Numbered from the stretch's first letter, positions 29,431-40,500 are shown. The stretch: DNA of 64,000 nucleotides from an uncultured Chlamydiae bacterium (GCA_963754655.1 CAVWGN010000001.1:704001-768000), one strand, 5' to 3'. A program made the numbers and translations. Notes: generated by a model from the sequence alone, not told the origin.

Positions 29431-30768
29431 ATGGATTTCATTTCAAATCAAAAGCCACAAATTGAAGCGATGCTGGCAGCTATTGGAATCCATCGCATTG
29501 AAGAGCTTTTTAGCACGATTCCCGATGATTTGAAAGTGAAACCACCTGTACAAGATGATGGCCTTTCAGAATATGAAGGGTTGTGTCTCATGGAGGAGTT
29601 AGCTGCAAAGAATACCTATCCTTCTTTTGAAAATTATTTAGGGGCAGGCGCCTATGAGCATCATGTTCCTGCACTTGTTGGAGCCGTTTGCAGTAAATCC
29701 GAATTCTTAACCTCTTACACTCCTTATCAAGCAGAAGCTTCGCAAGGCATGCTTCAAATAATTTTTGAGTTTCAATCAGCTATCTGTGCTTTGACTGGGC
29801 TAGACGTTGCCAATGCTTCTGTCTATGATGGAGCTTCGGCTTGCGCAGAAGCAATCCTCATGGCTTTGCGCCAAAATAAGCCTCGTCAAAAATTGCTCAT
29901 CGCTGAATCAGTGCATCCTCATTATCGTGGCGTCATCAATCAATATTTACGCAGTCATGATTGTCCCATTGAGTGGATTCCATTTGAAAAGAACTGGCAA
30001 ATGACCATAGATCAGATTCAGCATCATTTGGATGATCAGACGGCGGCTATTCTGATTCAATCGCCTAATTTTTTTGGAGTATTGGAACAGGTAAAGAAGA
30101 TTTCGGCTCTGGCTAAAGAAGTCGGTGCTCTGACAATTTTATGTGTTAATCCAATGGCCTATGGTCTTTATTCTTCAGCTGCTGAATTAGGAGCAGATAT
30201 TGCTGTAGGAGATTGCCAACCTTTTGGCATTCCCTTGCAATTTGGGGGTCCTTATGTGGGATATATGGCTTGCCGTCAAGATCTCGTTCGGCAACTGCCA
30301 GGGCGTATAGTAGGTGAAACAGTAGATACACAGGGAAGAAGGGGATTTGTTTTGACCCTGCAAGCCCGCGAGCAACATATTCGGCGTGAAAAAGCAACAT
30401 CGAATATTTGTACGAATCAAGCTTTAGCTGCTTTGGCAAGTCTCGTGGCAATTTTATGGTATGGCAAGAAGGGAGTGCATGAGCTAGCATTGACGAATTA
30501 TCAACGCGCCGCTTATCTCAGGCAGCAGCTCTCCAATATTGCAGGTGTTAAAGTGGATATGAAAGCACCCATTTTTAATGAATTTGTAGTGCAATTTGAC
30601 CGTCCCCTTTCAGAAGTCCAAGCGCATTTCCGCTCGCAAAAGATTGAGCCAGGACTCAATTTGGAACGCTACTTTTCTCAGTTGTCTTCTTGTTTACTTG
30701 TTGCAGTCACCGAAGTTAAAAATCAAGCGCAGCTCGATTGCTATGCCGACCTTTGTAGGACGTTGTAA
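29431..30768 (+). CDS. gcvPA: Glycine dehydrogenase subunit 1
   Basis: YTPYQAEASQG, ANASVYDG and REQHIRREKATSNICTNQ motifs. Confidence 0.97.
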   Translation: MDFISNQKPQIEAMLAAIGIHRIEELFSTIPDDLKVKPPVQDDGLSEYEGLCLMEELAAKNTYPSFENYLGAGAYEHHVPALVGAVCSKSEFLTSYTPYQAEASQGMLQIIFEFQSAICALTGLDVANASVYDGASACAEAILMALRQNKPRQKLLIAESVHPHYRGVINQYLRSHDCPIEWIPFEKNWQMTIDQIQHHLDDQTAAILIQSPNFFGVLEQVKKISALAKEVGALTILCVNPMAYGLYSSAAELGADIAVGDCQPFGIPLQFGGPYVGYMACRQDLVRQLPGRIVGETVDTQGRRGFVLTLQAREQHIRREKATSNICTNQALAALASLVAILWYGKKGVHELALTNYQRAAYLRQQLSNIAGVKVDMKAPIFNEFVVQFDRPLSEVQAHFRSQKIEPGLNLERYFSQLSSCLLVAVTEVKNQAQLDCYADLCRTL

Positions 30769-30770
30769 AA

Positions 30771-32219
30771 ATGACTCAGACTATTTTTGAAAAATCACAA
30801 ACTGATCAAAAAGCCTACACCCTTCCTAAGAATTCTGAAGCCTTCCAAGCATTTCAGCCTCCGGAACATGCTCTTCGTCAAAGCGAAATTCCCTTGCCTG
30901 AAGTTTCTGAAATTGACTTGACACGTCATTTTGCAGGACTTGCTAAGCGCAATATGGGGATTGATACCAATTTTTATCCGTTGGGTAGCTGCACAATGAA
31001 ACTTAATCCACGCATTAATGAAATCTGTGCCAATCTTCCTGGTTTTACTCGCACTCATCCCTTGGCTCCTGATGAAACTGTGCAAGGAAATTTACAAATC
31101 ATTGACGAGTTCCTTCATCTTCTCTGCCAAGTTTGTGGCATGACGGCAGGGACGCTCGTGCCAAATGCAGGTGCACAAGGAGAATTGACAGGGATTAAGA
31201 TGATTGCAGCTTATCATCGCGAAAGAGGAGATCAAGAGCGTAAAGAATTATTGATTCCCGACAATGCGCATGGAACCAATCCTGCAACAGCCACAATGGC
31301 TGGCTTTAGAACTGTTTCCATTCGAACCAATGCTCAGGGAGATATAGATATTGAACAATTGCGCCGTTTAGTCTCTTCTCGAACTGCAGGCATTATGCTG
31401 ACGAATCCCAACACATTAGGCATTTTTAGCAATGTCATCTCTCAAGTTGCCGAGATTATCCATCAGGCGGGAGGCTTTCTTTATTATGATGGCGCTAATC
31501 TCAATTCTATTTTGAATATTGTGAGACCAGGAGAAAGGGGGTTTGACGTCATGCACGTCAATTTGCATAAAACTTTTTCTACGCCCCATGGTGGGGGTGG
31601 ACCTGGATCTGGACCCGTGCTTTGCAATGATCAGCTCAAACCTTATTTGCCTGTTCCTCGCATAGCAAAAGTGGGATCAAAGTTTCAAGTGCAATGGCAA
31701 GAGGAAAGAAGTATTGGACAGGTGGCTTCTTTTCATGGCAATTTTGCTATCTATCTACGTGCCTATCTCTACGCCAAGTTGCATGGTCATTATGGGATGC
31801 GGCGCATCGCAGAAATTGCTGTTTTAAACGCTAATTATCTGAAGAATTGTCTTAAACCCTTTTTCACTCTTCCTTTTCCACAAGCATGCATGCATGAATT
31901 TGTTGTTCAAGCCGATAACTATTTAGATAAAGGAATCAGAGCCTTCGATATTGCCAAGCGTTTACTTGATTACGGCGTGCATGCACCGACCGTCTATTTT
32001 CCCCTAATTATCAAAGAATGTATGCTGATAGAACCTACTGAAAGTGAATCGAAGAGAACTCTGGATCTTTTCGTTGAAATTATTCGGCAAATTGTGCAGG
32101 AAATTCAACAGACGCCAGAAATTGTTAAGCAAGCGCCTCATCGGCAATCTGTTTCGCGTTTAGATGAGGTTCAGGCTGCCAAACATCCCATTTTAAAGCA
32201 TGAAACCAAGAAAACTTAG
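30771..32219 (+). CDS. gcvPB: Glycine dehydrogenase subunit 2
   Basis: YPLGSCTMK, AHGTNPA and HVNLHKTFSTPHGGGGPG (PLP lysine) motifs. Confidence 0.97.
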   Translation: MTQTIFEKSQTDQKAYTLPKNSEAFQAFQPPEHALRQSEIPLPEVSEIDLTRHFAGLAKRNMGIDTNFYPLGSCTMKLNPRINEICANLPGFTRTHPLAPDETVQGNLQIIDEFLHLLCQVCGMTAGTLVPNAGAQGELTGIKMIAAYHRERGDQERKELLIPDNAHGTNPATATMAGFRTVSIRTNAQGDIDIEQLRRLVSSRTAGIMLTNPNTLGIFSNVISQVAEIIHQAGGFLYYDGANLNSILNIVRPGERGFDVMHVNLHKTFSTPHGGGGPGSGPVLCNDQLKPYLPVPRIAKVGSKFQVQWQEERSIGQVASFHGNFAIYLRAYLYAKLHGHYGMRRIAEIAVLNANYLKNCLKPFFTLPFPQACMHEFVVQADNYLDKGIRAFDIAKRLLDYGVHAPTVYFPLIIKECMLIEPTESESKRTLDLFVEIIRQIVQEIQQTPEIVKQAPHRQSVSRLDEVQAAKHPILKHETKKT

Positions 32220-32224
32220 GAAAG

Positions 32225-32470
32225 TTAACGCCTTCTGATTTTTTTAACTGTTTCAAAATAAGTCCAATAACAGCACATGCCAATGAGAAAACTCAAATAC
32301 ATATAGCGGATATCACTGATCATGGGATTTTGCGCAAAGAAAAGAAGAAGAATCCAAGGAAAAAACAAAGTGATGAGAAGATAAGCTGGTGGAGGGGAGA
32401 CATACTTGGCTATAGGGATGCATGCCAAAATTCCCACACTAAAAGAAGCTAAAATCAATAGAATAAACAT
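32225..32470 (-). CDS. Small membrane protein (three TM)
   Basis: Hydrophobic 81-aa ORF with a basic tail; AGGAAAG upstream. Confidence 0.55.
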   Translation of the reverse strand: MFILLILASFSVGILACIPIAKYVSPPPAYLLITLFFPWILLLFFAQNPMISDIRYMYLSFLIGMCCYWTYFETVKKIRRR

Positions 32471-32497
32471 TTCACTTTCCTTGGTTAATTTCTATCC

Positions 32498-32851
32498 TTA
32501 AGAATCCTTGCCGCGCGTTAAGTAAAAATACTTAATCAACATGCGCACTAAATAAATGCTTAATGAGGCACAAGCAAACAGCCATAATCCTCCATATAAG
32601 AATTCAACAGGATGGCGATAAGCAAGAAAAAAAAGATCTGTCCCCCATTGACGTGCAGCATAAATGCCTATGCCCACAGTCAATAAATACAATCCAAAAA
32701 ATAGACTTCCCAAACAGAGGGTCATCCATATTTTGCGATTAAAATCTTTGAAAAGCAGCTTGAAAGACCATCCTCGTTTTAAATGCTGAAAGGTATAACA
32801 GGCAAGTGCACACACTGCGATCAATCCTAAAATCAGAATCAAATAAATCAT
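32498..32851 (-). CDS. Small membrane protein (three TM)
   Basis: Hydrophobic 117-aa ORF co-oriented with the previous gene. Confidence 0.6.
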   Translation of the reverse strand: MIYLILILGLIAVCALACYTFQHLKRGWSFKLLFKDFNRKIWMTLCLGSLFFGLYLLTVGIGIYAARQWGTDLFFLAYRHPVEFLYGGLWLFACASLSIYLVRMLIKYFYLTRGKDS

Positions 32852-33071
32852 TGGTTTAACTACCCTATCGCACTACTGATAGAAAGAGGCTTATTTCTTG
32901 AAATGCCAGAAAAAATTCATTTTCCACTAGAGAATAAATTTAATAAAACAAAAATAAGTTGTGTTGATTGACAAAATTTAATTTTGGTCTTGAAATTAGA
33001 TTTTAAAGCTGTTTTAATCATTGAAAATGATTAACAATCACATTAATTCAACAATTATATAGGTCATATTC

Positions 33072-33677
33072 ATGAAAACAAAAATGGCGATCTCTCTTCA
33101 TGCAGAACAGCCTGTTGCTTGGTATTCACAAGGACTACACGTTTTGTTAGGAGGACTGTATATTGCTTTATTGTCTCAAATTGAAATTCCATTGAAGCCC
33201 ATTCCCGTTACTTTGCAAACATTTGCAATTTTTAGTTTGGCTATTTTTCAAGGTAGCCAAAAATCTTTCTTTTCTCTTCTTCTTTATCTCTTGGCAGCCA
33301 CCATGGGGCTTCCCGTTTTTCCTGTTGCTTATACAGATCCATTATGGATTCTTCAGCCTTGGGCTGGATATTGCTTAAGCTTCCCTTTAGCTGCTTATCT
33401 CTGTGGAAGGTTTGCAGAAGTTGGAAATCCTCCATCTTTAATACGCATGATACTGGGATTATGCTTAGCCCAGCTTACGATCTATTTCTTTGGAGTCGCA
33501 TGGCTAAGTTTAGTGGTGGGTTGGCAGCAAGCTTTGATTTTAGGTTTTTATCCTTTCATCCTATTCGACATTGTGAAACTTTTGACGGCATTATCTGTCA
33601 AAATGGCTGCAAAACCTATGGCTAGCTTGTATCAGATGTGCTTAAAAAGGTGGGAGAATTTCTATGCACGCTTCTAA
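33072..33677 (+). CDS. bioY: Biotin ECF transporter substrate-binding component
   Basis: IPLKPIPVTLQTFA, GLPVF and PFILFDIVK BioY motifs. Confidence 0.9.
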   Translation: MKTKMAISLHAEQPVAWYSQGLHVLLGGLYIALLSQIEIPLKPIPVTLQTFAIFSLAIFQGSQKSFFSLLLYLLAATMGLPVFPVAYTDPLWILQPWAGYCLSFPLAAYLCGRFAEVGNPPSLIRMILGLCLAQLTIYFFGVAWLSLVVGWQQALILGFYPFILFDIVKLLTALSVKMAAKPMASLYQMCLKRWENFYARF

Positions 33678-34581
33678 TATTTCTGTAGAAATCAGGGGAG
33701 TCAATGCTCATTATGCAAGTTGTCTAAAACAGCTTGTGAAGGAAGTTAATAATTATAACTTAACAATTTATAGTTATGCAGGAGACGAAAAACATGAACC
33801 GATTTATTATGAGGAAATTGATTTATTTAGGAAAATGGTAGAAAAAGCAAACCTAAATTGTCCAGTCATAGAAATTTGCGATGCAGAATTTTTTCCAAAT
33901 CAATGGAATCCTAAGAATTCCCTTCTTTACATTCCTGGAGCTCCCTCTTCAAAGCTCGATCTCCACCTTGGCTCCAAGGTCACACAAATTCAAGAATTTG
34001 TCAATCAGGGAGGAAGGTTTATAGGATGGTGTGGAGGAGGATATTGGGCATGCCGCGAGGTCCAATATAGAATAGATGAGACGACAATCCTTCATAAAAT
34101 TCGGAATCTTGCTTTTTGGAAAGGAATGGAGAAAGGACCTCTTCTTCCTTTGAAACACCCTGAAAGAGGAAGTGAATACTCTCATGAGACCGTCAAAGTG
34201 AAATGGGCAGGGTCGGAATTATTAAAAAAATATTTGCCGCAGGGATTAGAGCTCAATGTTCTCTTATCAGGCGGTGGATCTTTTATTCCTGCCGATGAAG
34301 AACATTGCTATAAAGTGATTGCAACCTATGGCGATACAGAAAAAGAAAAGGCTCTTGCTGGAGTCAAAATCTACGTTATGGATGGGATAGCCATTTTGAT
34401 GAATCCTTACTTTATATATGGAGCTGAATATTTCAAAAGTGGCTTAGATTTATATGAAAGAGAGCTTTCTAATCATAATTGGTCCAAGATTATTTCTGAT
34501 CTTGAAGGAGAAGAGCTCAAAAGTACTCTTTGCTTTGTTGATATGTTGCTTGAAGCAACGCAAAAGTCTATTTCTAGTTAA
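33664..34581 (+). CDS. Divergent BPL_N-like (class I GATase-like) protein
   Basis: LLYIPGA and FVNQGGRFIGWCGGGYW parallel the adjacent BPL_N gene; overlaps the bioY stop. Confidence 0.7.
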   Translation: MHASNISVEIRGVNAHYASCLKQLVKEVNNYNLTIYSYAGDEKHEPIYYEEIDLFRKMVEKANLNCPVIEICDAEFFPNQWNPKNSLLYIPGAPSSKLDLHLGSKVTQIQEFVNQGGRFIGWCGGGYWACREVQYRIDETTILHKIRNLAFWKGMEKGPLLPLKHPERGSEYSHETVKVKWAGSELLKKYLPQGLELNVLLSGGGSFIPADEEHCYKVIATYGDTEKEKALAGVKIYVMDGIAILMNPYFIYGAEYFKSGLDLYERELSNHNWSKIISDLEGEELKSTLCFVDMLLEATQKSISS

Positions 34582-35311
34582 GAAGGCGAATTAAAAGCTG
34601 TTCAAAAAAACGCTTTCTCTTTTCTTCATAGGGAGCAAGCGCTTGCATCATCGCCTGTTTGAAAGGAACCGGCTGTGAATGGACAGCCCCCATTTCAATA
34701 TGCACACCAGAAAGAATGACTTTGCCTTTACCTACTGGAATCTCGATAATGGCTGCAGGATGACCCTCAATATCGAGATATCGTGAAAGTACTTTCACAT
34801 GGGCGTATTGTTCAGCCTCTACAAAATAGCAGCCTCCATTATAATAGCTCCTTAAAGTTTCTTCCTCTAAGTGATTTGAAATAAGCGCTGCTCGGGCTCC
34901 GAACTCGCTTTGATAACGAAAGGTATCTAAACCATAAGCAGGACCGCGAGCAATTCCTGGAAAAAAAGCTAGCTCTCTTGAACCGACCACTTCGAGTTTT
35001 CTTCCCAGATCAAATTCTACTTTTCCACAGCCATAATAGGCGCCGGCACAAATCCCCAAGAAAGAACCGCCATTTTCAACATACCTTTTAATGCGTTGAT
35101 TGCCTTCACCTTTTAAAGACAGATGAAAGGGAATATCTCGTCCGCCTGGCAGAACCAGCAGTGAAGTATCCAATCCCCAAGGAGTACGAATGATCTCTTG
35201 AGAAGTAATAAAGGTGGAAGTCCATTTCGATAATTCATTAAGAAGCAAAGGGAGGCATTTCTTCTCTACTCCCTTATCTTTATAAATTTTAATTGAATTT
35301 ACTTGTTGCAT
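34574..35311 (-). CDS. Stand-alone BPL_N domain protein
   Basis: LLVLPGGRD, YVENGGSFLGICAGAYYG, LAFFPG..GP, YYNGG and ILSGVHIE motifs. Confidence 0.85.
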   Translation of the reverse strand: MQQVNSIKIYKDKGVEKKCLPLLLNELSKWTSTFITSQEIIRTPWGLDTSLLVLPGGRDIPFHLSLKGEGNQRIKRYVENGGSFLGICAGAYYGCGKVEFDLGRKLEVVGSRELAFFPGIARGPAYGLDTFRYQSEFGARAALISNHLEEETLRSYYNGGCYFVEAEQYAHVKVLSRYLDIEGHPAAIIEIPVGKGKVILSGVHIEMGAVHSQPVPFKQAMMQALAPYEEKRKRFFEQLLIRLLN

Positions 35312-35772
35312 TTGCTCATATGAGTCATATGTTTAGCAATGATAGTACCTTTAGTAGCTGTTTCAATCAACTCTCTCTTAAAATCATTTTCAGAAGCTTT
35401 CTGACCGTAAGACAGTTCGCTAATCATATTTGTAGCACTATTAAGTGCTATTTTATCGACAAATACTTGTAGATTTTGAGCAGCTTTGTGCATATCCCAT
35501 CCAAGGACGCCTACACCAAGGCTTGTGACCGTTCCCGCCAAAGCTAACAGGGGGCCGACATAAGGAATGTCCCCAGCTATATAACTTACCGCGATACCTA
35601 TGATACCGCCCCCTATAGCTAGCTTGCCAACCAAATCCATTTTAGCAGTATCGGCAGCAATCTGAGCGATTTGTTGTCGCGCTGGAACTTGAGCCTTTCC
35701 TTGGGAATAATAAGCTTCCATAATGTGGTCAAAAGTGTTATCAATCATAACGTTGTTAATTTGAGAAAACAT
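35299..35772 (-). CDS. Hypothetical protein with bilobed hydrophobic domain (Inc-like)
   Basis: About 45-aa two-lobed hydrophobic stretch; AAGGAGGAG RBS before ATG 35772. Confidence 0.55.
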   Translation of the reverse strand: MFSQINNVMIDNTFDHIMEAYYSQGKAQVPARQQIAQIAADTAKMDLVGKLAIGGGIIGIAVSYIAGDIPYVGPLLALAGTVTSLGVGVLGWDMHKAAQNLQVFVDKIALNSATNMISELSYGQKASENDFKRELIETATKGTIIAKHMTHMSKCNK

Positions 35773-36018
35773 AATCTCCTCCTTTTTTAAAATTAAAATT
35801 AGCAAGTTTAAATTATCATATGATCAATCAGGAGGCAATATGAAATTCGAATTAAAAATCTTGATAAACATTGCTATTCTAGTTTTTCCAGATATCCGGA
35901 CGAAGGAAACAGTATCTGAATAGTTTATCCATAATTTTAAATTTGCGGAATTTCACTTAGATGTCAGTTGTATAAGAGTTTGCTCAAACCAATCATCTTT
36001 AGAGTAAATTTCATTTGA

Positions 36019-36644
36019 GCTTACGCTTGGGCGGGTGTGATTAATTTTTTAGCAGATCAATACGAAATGGTAGGGCGGTGGTAGCCGCTTTTAGTGGGAA
36101 GCCCCGTATGAAACGAGCTTGCGAGTGGAATGCGGGGTGGGCATCAATAAAATATAAACCGCGGAAGCGGTGTGAGTGATCTTACGCTGCTTCCGCAGCT
36201 CAATGCTATCTTGCCTACACCCCGCATTCCGCTCGCAAGCTCGCTTCATACGGGGCTTCCCACTGAAAGCGGCTACCGCCGCTCTACCATTTCGTATCGA
36301 TCTGCTAAAAATATAAACTTCCAGATTTAATCACACCCCCGCTTGGGCTGTGGGCTAAAAAAAGAATAGGGCAAGCGCTAAAATTTAAGCCTTAAAGCAC
36401 TTAAAATGATAGCTGAAGTTTTGCAAATGTGAAATTATCTCATTTGATCACGCAATCTTGTACAATTGTTAATCTTTTCCTCTTCTGCCTGAGAAAGTAG
36501 TGATGATGCTCTTTTTTAGTGGCTTACATTTGATTGTGCAACCAGTAGATTGAAATTTGCAAAACTTCAGCTATCATTTGAAGTGCTTTAGGCTTAAATT
36601 TAGCGCTTGCGCTATTCTTTTTTAGCCCACAGCCAAGCGTCAGC
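36019..36644. repeat. Family E palindrome (about 90-bp arms, about 126-bp spacer), left arm split by A copy 2
   Basis: GCTTACGCTTGGGC|TGTGGGCTAAAA..TTTTGCAAAT pairs with ATTTGCAAAA..AGCCCACAGCCAAGCGTCAGC. Confidence 0.8.
36033..36338. mobile_element. Family A, copy 2
   Basis: Same element with a deletion of about 15 bp in the left arm; CGCTTGGGC duplicated at 36024-36032 and 36340-36348, with one extra C. Confidence 0.88.
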
Positions 36645-36703
36645 GCAGCTGTGGGGTCAGGAGAAAACTGATTGTTCCCAGAGGGGGACGTCGTGCGCCC
36701 GGG

Positions 36704-37031
36704 TTGGGATGAGATGATTCTCTTGTAGTCCTTCAGACTACATGACGAGGGTTAATCTAACCCAGGGCGATGCCCTGGGCTATTTTTATTTGAAGCCTTT
36801 CAGGCTCTGAACAATTAGACATCTTTTTATTAACCGTCTCTAAATGATTGTGGAGTATGTACCATTTAATAAGGCATGGCCCTACAATCGTTATAGAAGG
36901 AGTTCTTTCAAAAATGTCCAATGTTCAGAGCCTGAAAGGCTTCAAATAAAAATAGCCCAGGGCATCGCCCTAGGTTAGATTAACCCTCGTCATGTAGTCT
37001 GAAGGACTACAAGAGAATCCTCTCATCCCAA
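36704..37031. repeat. Family F REP-doublet palindrome
   Basis: About 110-bp inverted arms containing AGCCTGAAAGGCT, AGCCCAGGGCATCGCCCT(G/A)GG and GTAGTCTGAAGGACTAC; flanked by CCCGGG on both sides. Confidence 0.85.
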
Positions 37032-37040
37032 CCCCCGGGG

Positions 37041-37438
37041 CTAGGGTGTTCATTTTGTGCAAAAAATGAGCTTTATTTTTCACAATAATTGGCATAATTA
37101 AATTAAAGGTCGCATGTTTATGCCGTCCTTTCAGGACTCGATGTCTTTTTGATAGAACCCAGGCCTCCGCTTCGCTGCGACCTGGGCTGTAACATGACGG
37201 CCCTTCAGGCCTTAACAAAAAGATGATTTAGGGTCTATAGAAGAGGGACTTAAACATCTCTTGTTAAGGCCTGAAGGGCCGTCATGTTACAGCCCAGGTC
37301 GTAGCGAAGCGGAGGCCTGGGTTCTATCAAAAAGACATCGAGTCCTGAAAGGACGGCATAAACATGCGACCTTTAATTTAATTATGCCAATTATTGTGAA
37401 AAATAAAGCTCATTTTTTGCACAAAATGAACACCCTAG
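37041..37438. mobile_element. Family G palindrome (398 bp, near-perfect arms of about 178 bp)
   Basis: CTAGGGTGTTCATTTTG...CAAAATGAACACCCTAG; CCCCGGGG on both sides (37033-37040, 37439-37446). Confidence 0.88.
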
Positions 37439-37459
37439 CCCCGGGGCTTTGAAGCAGTT

Positions 37460-37493
37460 CCAATGGGCAAAAACTAATGTGGTTGAGTACTAG
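37460..37493. repeat. Solo copy of the outer end of the 60-kb palindrome
   Basis: GCAAAAACTAATGTGGTTGAGTACTAG versus GCAAAAACTAGTGTGGTTGAGTACTAG at 60567-60593; a degenerate copy lies at about 46442-46475. Confidence 0.7.
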
Positions 37494-37539
37494 CTCGGAG
37501 CGAAAATTGACTGTTTTGCATAGCACAACCAATCTTTAG

Positions 37540-40500
37540 CTATTTCTGTTTTACCCTGATAGGTTGAGGGATTAGCCTTTGCCTTCTGAAAAAATCAGGC
37601 ATGAAATAGAACGGACTTGAAAAAAGTTGGTACAAAGCTGGCAACACTAAAAGAGTCAACAGTGTTGAACTGATCAATCCGCCAATGACAACTGTTGCCA
37701 GGGGTTTTTGGACTTCAGCTCCTGTGCCTGTTGCCAATGCCATCGGAATAAAGCCCAGAGAGGCGACAAGGGCGGTCATTAAGACGGGGCGAAAACGAGT
37801 GAGTGCTCCCTGCATAATGGCGTCATTTAATTCTTTTCCCTCTTGCCTTAATTGATTGATGTAGGTGACAAGGACTAATCCATTGAGTACGGCAATTCCC
37901 GAAAGAGCAATAAACCCAACGGATGCAGTAATAGAAAAGGGCATATCGCGTAGCCATAAAGCAAGAATACCGCCCGTTAAAGCTAAAGGAACACCCGTAA
38001 AAACTAGAAAGGCATTTTTAAAAGAGTTAAAAGCAGTATATAAAAGGAGAAAAATTAAACCAAAGCAAAGAGGGACGACGAGAAGCAAGCGGTTGCGGGC
38101 GGAAATCAAATTTTCAAATTGTCCTCCCCAAGTCAACCAATACCCATCAGGAAGAGAAACTTTCTCATCAATTTCTTGTTTGGCCATTTCCACAAATGAG
38201 CCCAAATCTGTGCCTCTGACATTTGCTTCTACAGAAATAAAACGTTTGCCATTTTCACGGCTGATTTCGTTCAATCCATCGGTAATGTTCAAATGGGCAA
38301 TTTCTCCCAATAAGACTGGTTGAATCTGTGCCCGGCGTTCATGAGGCAAAGGAATCGGTAAGCGATGCAAACTATCGAAATCTTCTCTAATGGCATCGGG
38401 TAATTTGACAATGAGATCAAAACGACGGTCACCTTCAAAAATTTGTCCTGCTTTTCCTCCACCCATGGCAACTGAAATAACGTCCAAGGCATCAGAAACA
38501 TTAAGCCCATACAAGCTTGCTTTTTCACGATCGATTTGAATATCTAATAGGGGAAGTCCGTTCACTTGCTCAACTTTAACATCGGCTGCTCCTGGAATTG
38601 TATTTAAGGTGTGGGCAATCTCTTGGGCTGTCTGTTGCATCTTTTCAAAGTTGTCCCCATAGACTTTGATAGCTAAGTCGCTTCTTACGCCAGAAATAAG
38701 CTCATTGAAACGCATCTCAATGGGTTGTGTAAATTCATAATTATTGCCAGGCAGCTGAGTGACTACCTCTTGAATCTTTTCAATCAGATTCTCTTTCGAT
38801 AAGCTTGGATCTGGCCACTCTTCTCGGGGATTTAAGATAATAAAAGTATCGGACACATTTGGAGGCATGGGGTCAGATGCCATTTCTGCTGTTCCCGTTT
38901 TTGAATACACGTAGGCAACTTCTGGGAGCTTTTTCAGCGTGCGTTCAACTTCCATTTGCATTTCAGTCGATTGTGTTAAAGAAGTACTGGGAATGCGCAT
39001 GGCATGCATGGCAATGTCTCTTTCGTCCAAGGTAGGCACAAATTCTTCTCCTAGCTTGGAAAATAAGGAGAAGGAGAGGGCAACAATCATGACGGCAAGT
39101 GTTGTGACCAACCAAGGCGCTTGCAACGTTTTGGCTAGAAGAAACTGATAGGGGCGTTTAAGTTTGGAGACCAATCCATTTTCTTTTTCGCTGAGGGGCC
39201 CATTGGCAAAAAGGGCAATCATGGCGGGAACAAAGGTGAGTGACAAAATAAAAGCACCGATAAGAGCGAAAATAACGGTAAGGGCCATGGGATGAAACAT
39301 TTTGCCTTCTACACCAGAAAGAGCCAAGATGGGAATATAGACAGTAATAATAATCCCTTGTCCAAAAACAGAGGGTTGAATCATTTCACGGCTGGCGATG
39401 AGGACCTCTTGGCAGCGCTCTTGAAAATTGAGCATACGCCCTAGCTCATGCTGTTTTTGAGCTAAACGCCTTAAGCAATTCTCTGTGATAATAATCGCGC
39501 CATCTACGATAAGTCCAAAGTCAATGGCGCCTAGGCTCATCAAATTCCCGCTGATTTTCGTGTGTACCATTCCAATGGCAGTCATGAGCATTGATAAAGG
39601 AATCACTAAAGCAGCGATTAAAGCTGCTCGAAAATAGCCCAAAAAGGCGAATAGAACCGAAATGACTAAAATCGCTCCTTCACCTAGATTTCTGGAAACA
39701 GTATGAATAGTGGCATTGACTAATTTCGTGCGATTGAGAACGGCTTTGGCTTGAATATCAGCCGGCAAAGTTTTGTTGATTACCTGCAATTTAGCATCCA
39801 CTGCTTGTGAAACAAGGCGGCTATTGGCTCCAATTAGCATAAGAGCGGTGCCAACAACTACTTCATGACCGTTTTCCGTCGCGCTGCCTGTGCGCATTTC
39901 TTTGCCAAGGCCTACCGTGGCAATATCTCGAATGCGGATGGGAATTCCCTCGCGATTGGCTATGATAATCGTTTCAACTTCCTCAAGCTTTTCTATTCGT
40001 TCATCAGATTTGACAAAAAGTGATTCTCCTCCTTTTTCAATATAGCCAGGACCAATGCTTGTATTGTTTTCTTTCAAAGTTTTAATGATTCTTTGAAAAC
40101 TCAGACCCAAAGCTGCCATTTTTTCAATGTTGGGTTCAATATGATATTGACGGACATAGCCTCCAATAGAATCAATGCCCGCTAGCCCTTGAATGCCTTT
40201 CAGTTGGGGCTTAATTATCCAGTCCTGAATTGTCCTTAAGTAAGAGGCTTTTTCAGCATCAGTTTTCAGAAGAAGTCCCTCAGAAGTTAAATAAGCACCC
40301 CCTTTTTGCCATCCTGGTTTGCCAGTTTTAATTTTCGCTCCTATTCCATTGGGATGTTTGAAATTCACTGTCCACATATAAATTTCGCCAAGACCTGTTG
40401 AAATAGGACCCATAGAAGGTTCCGCTTCATCTGGCAGATGTTCTTTGATTTCGCTAAGTCTTTCATTGATTTGTTGCCTTGCAAAGTAGACATTGACATC

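Noticed and set aside
36844..36978. 44-codon ORF starting in the F spacer
   Set aside because: No RBS, and it runs into the repeat arm; no support for translation.
36970..37452. ORFs MLRPEGPSCYSPGRSEAEAW.. (also 57381-57605 and 58670-58870)
   Set aside because: They appear on both strands because they are translations of the G arms; TTG or weak starts and no RBS.
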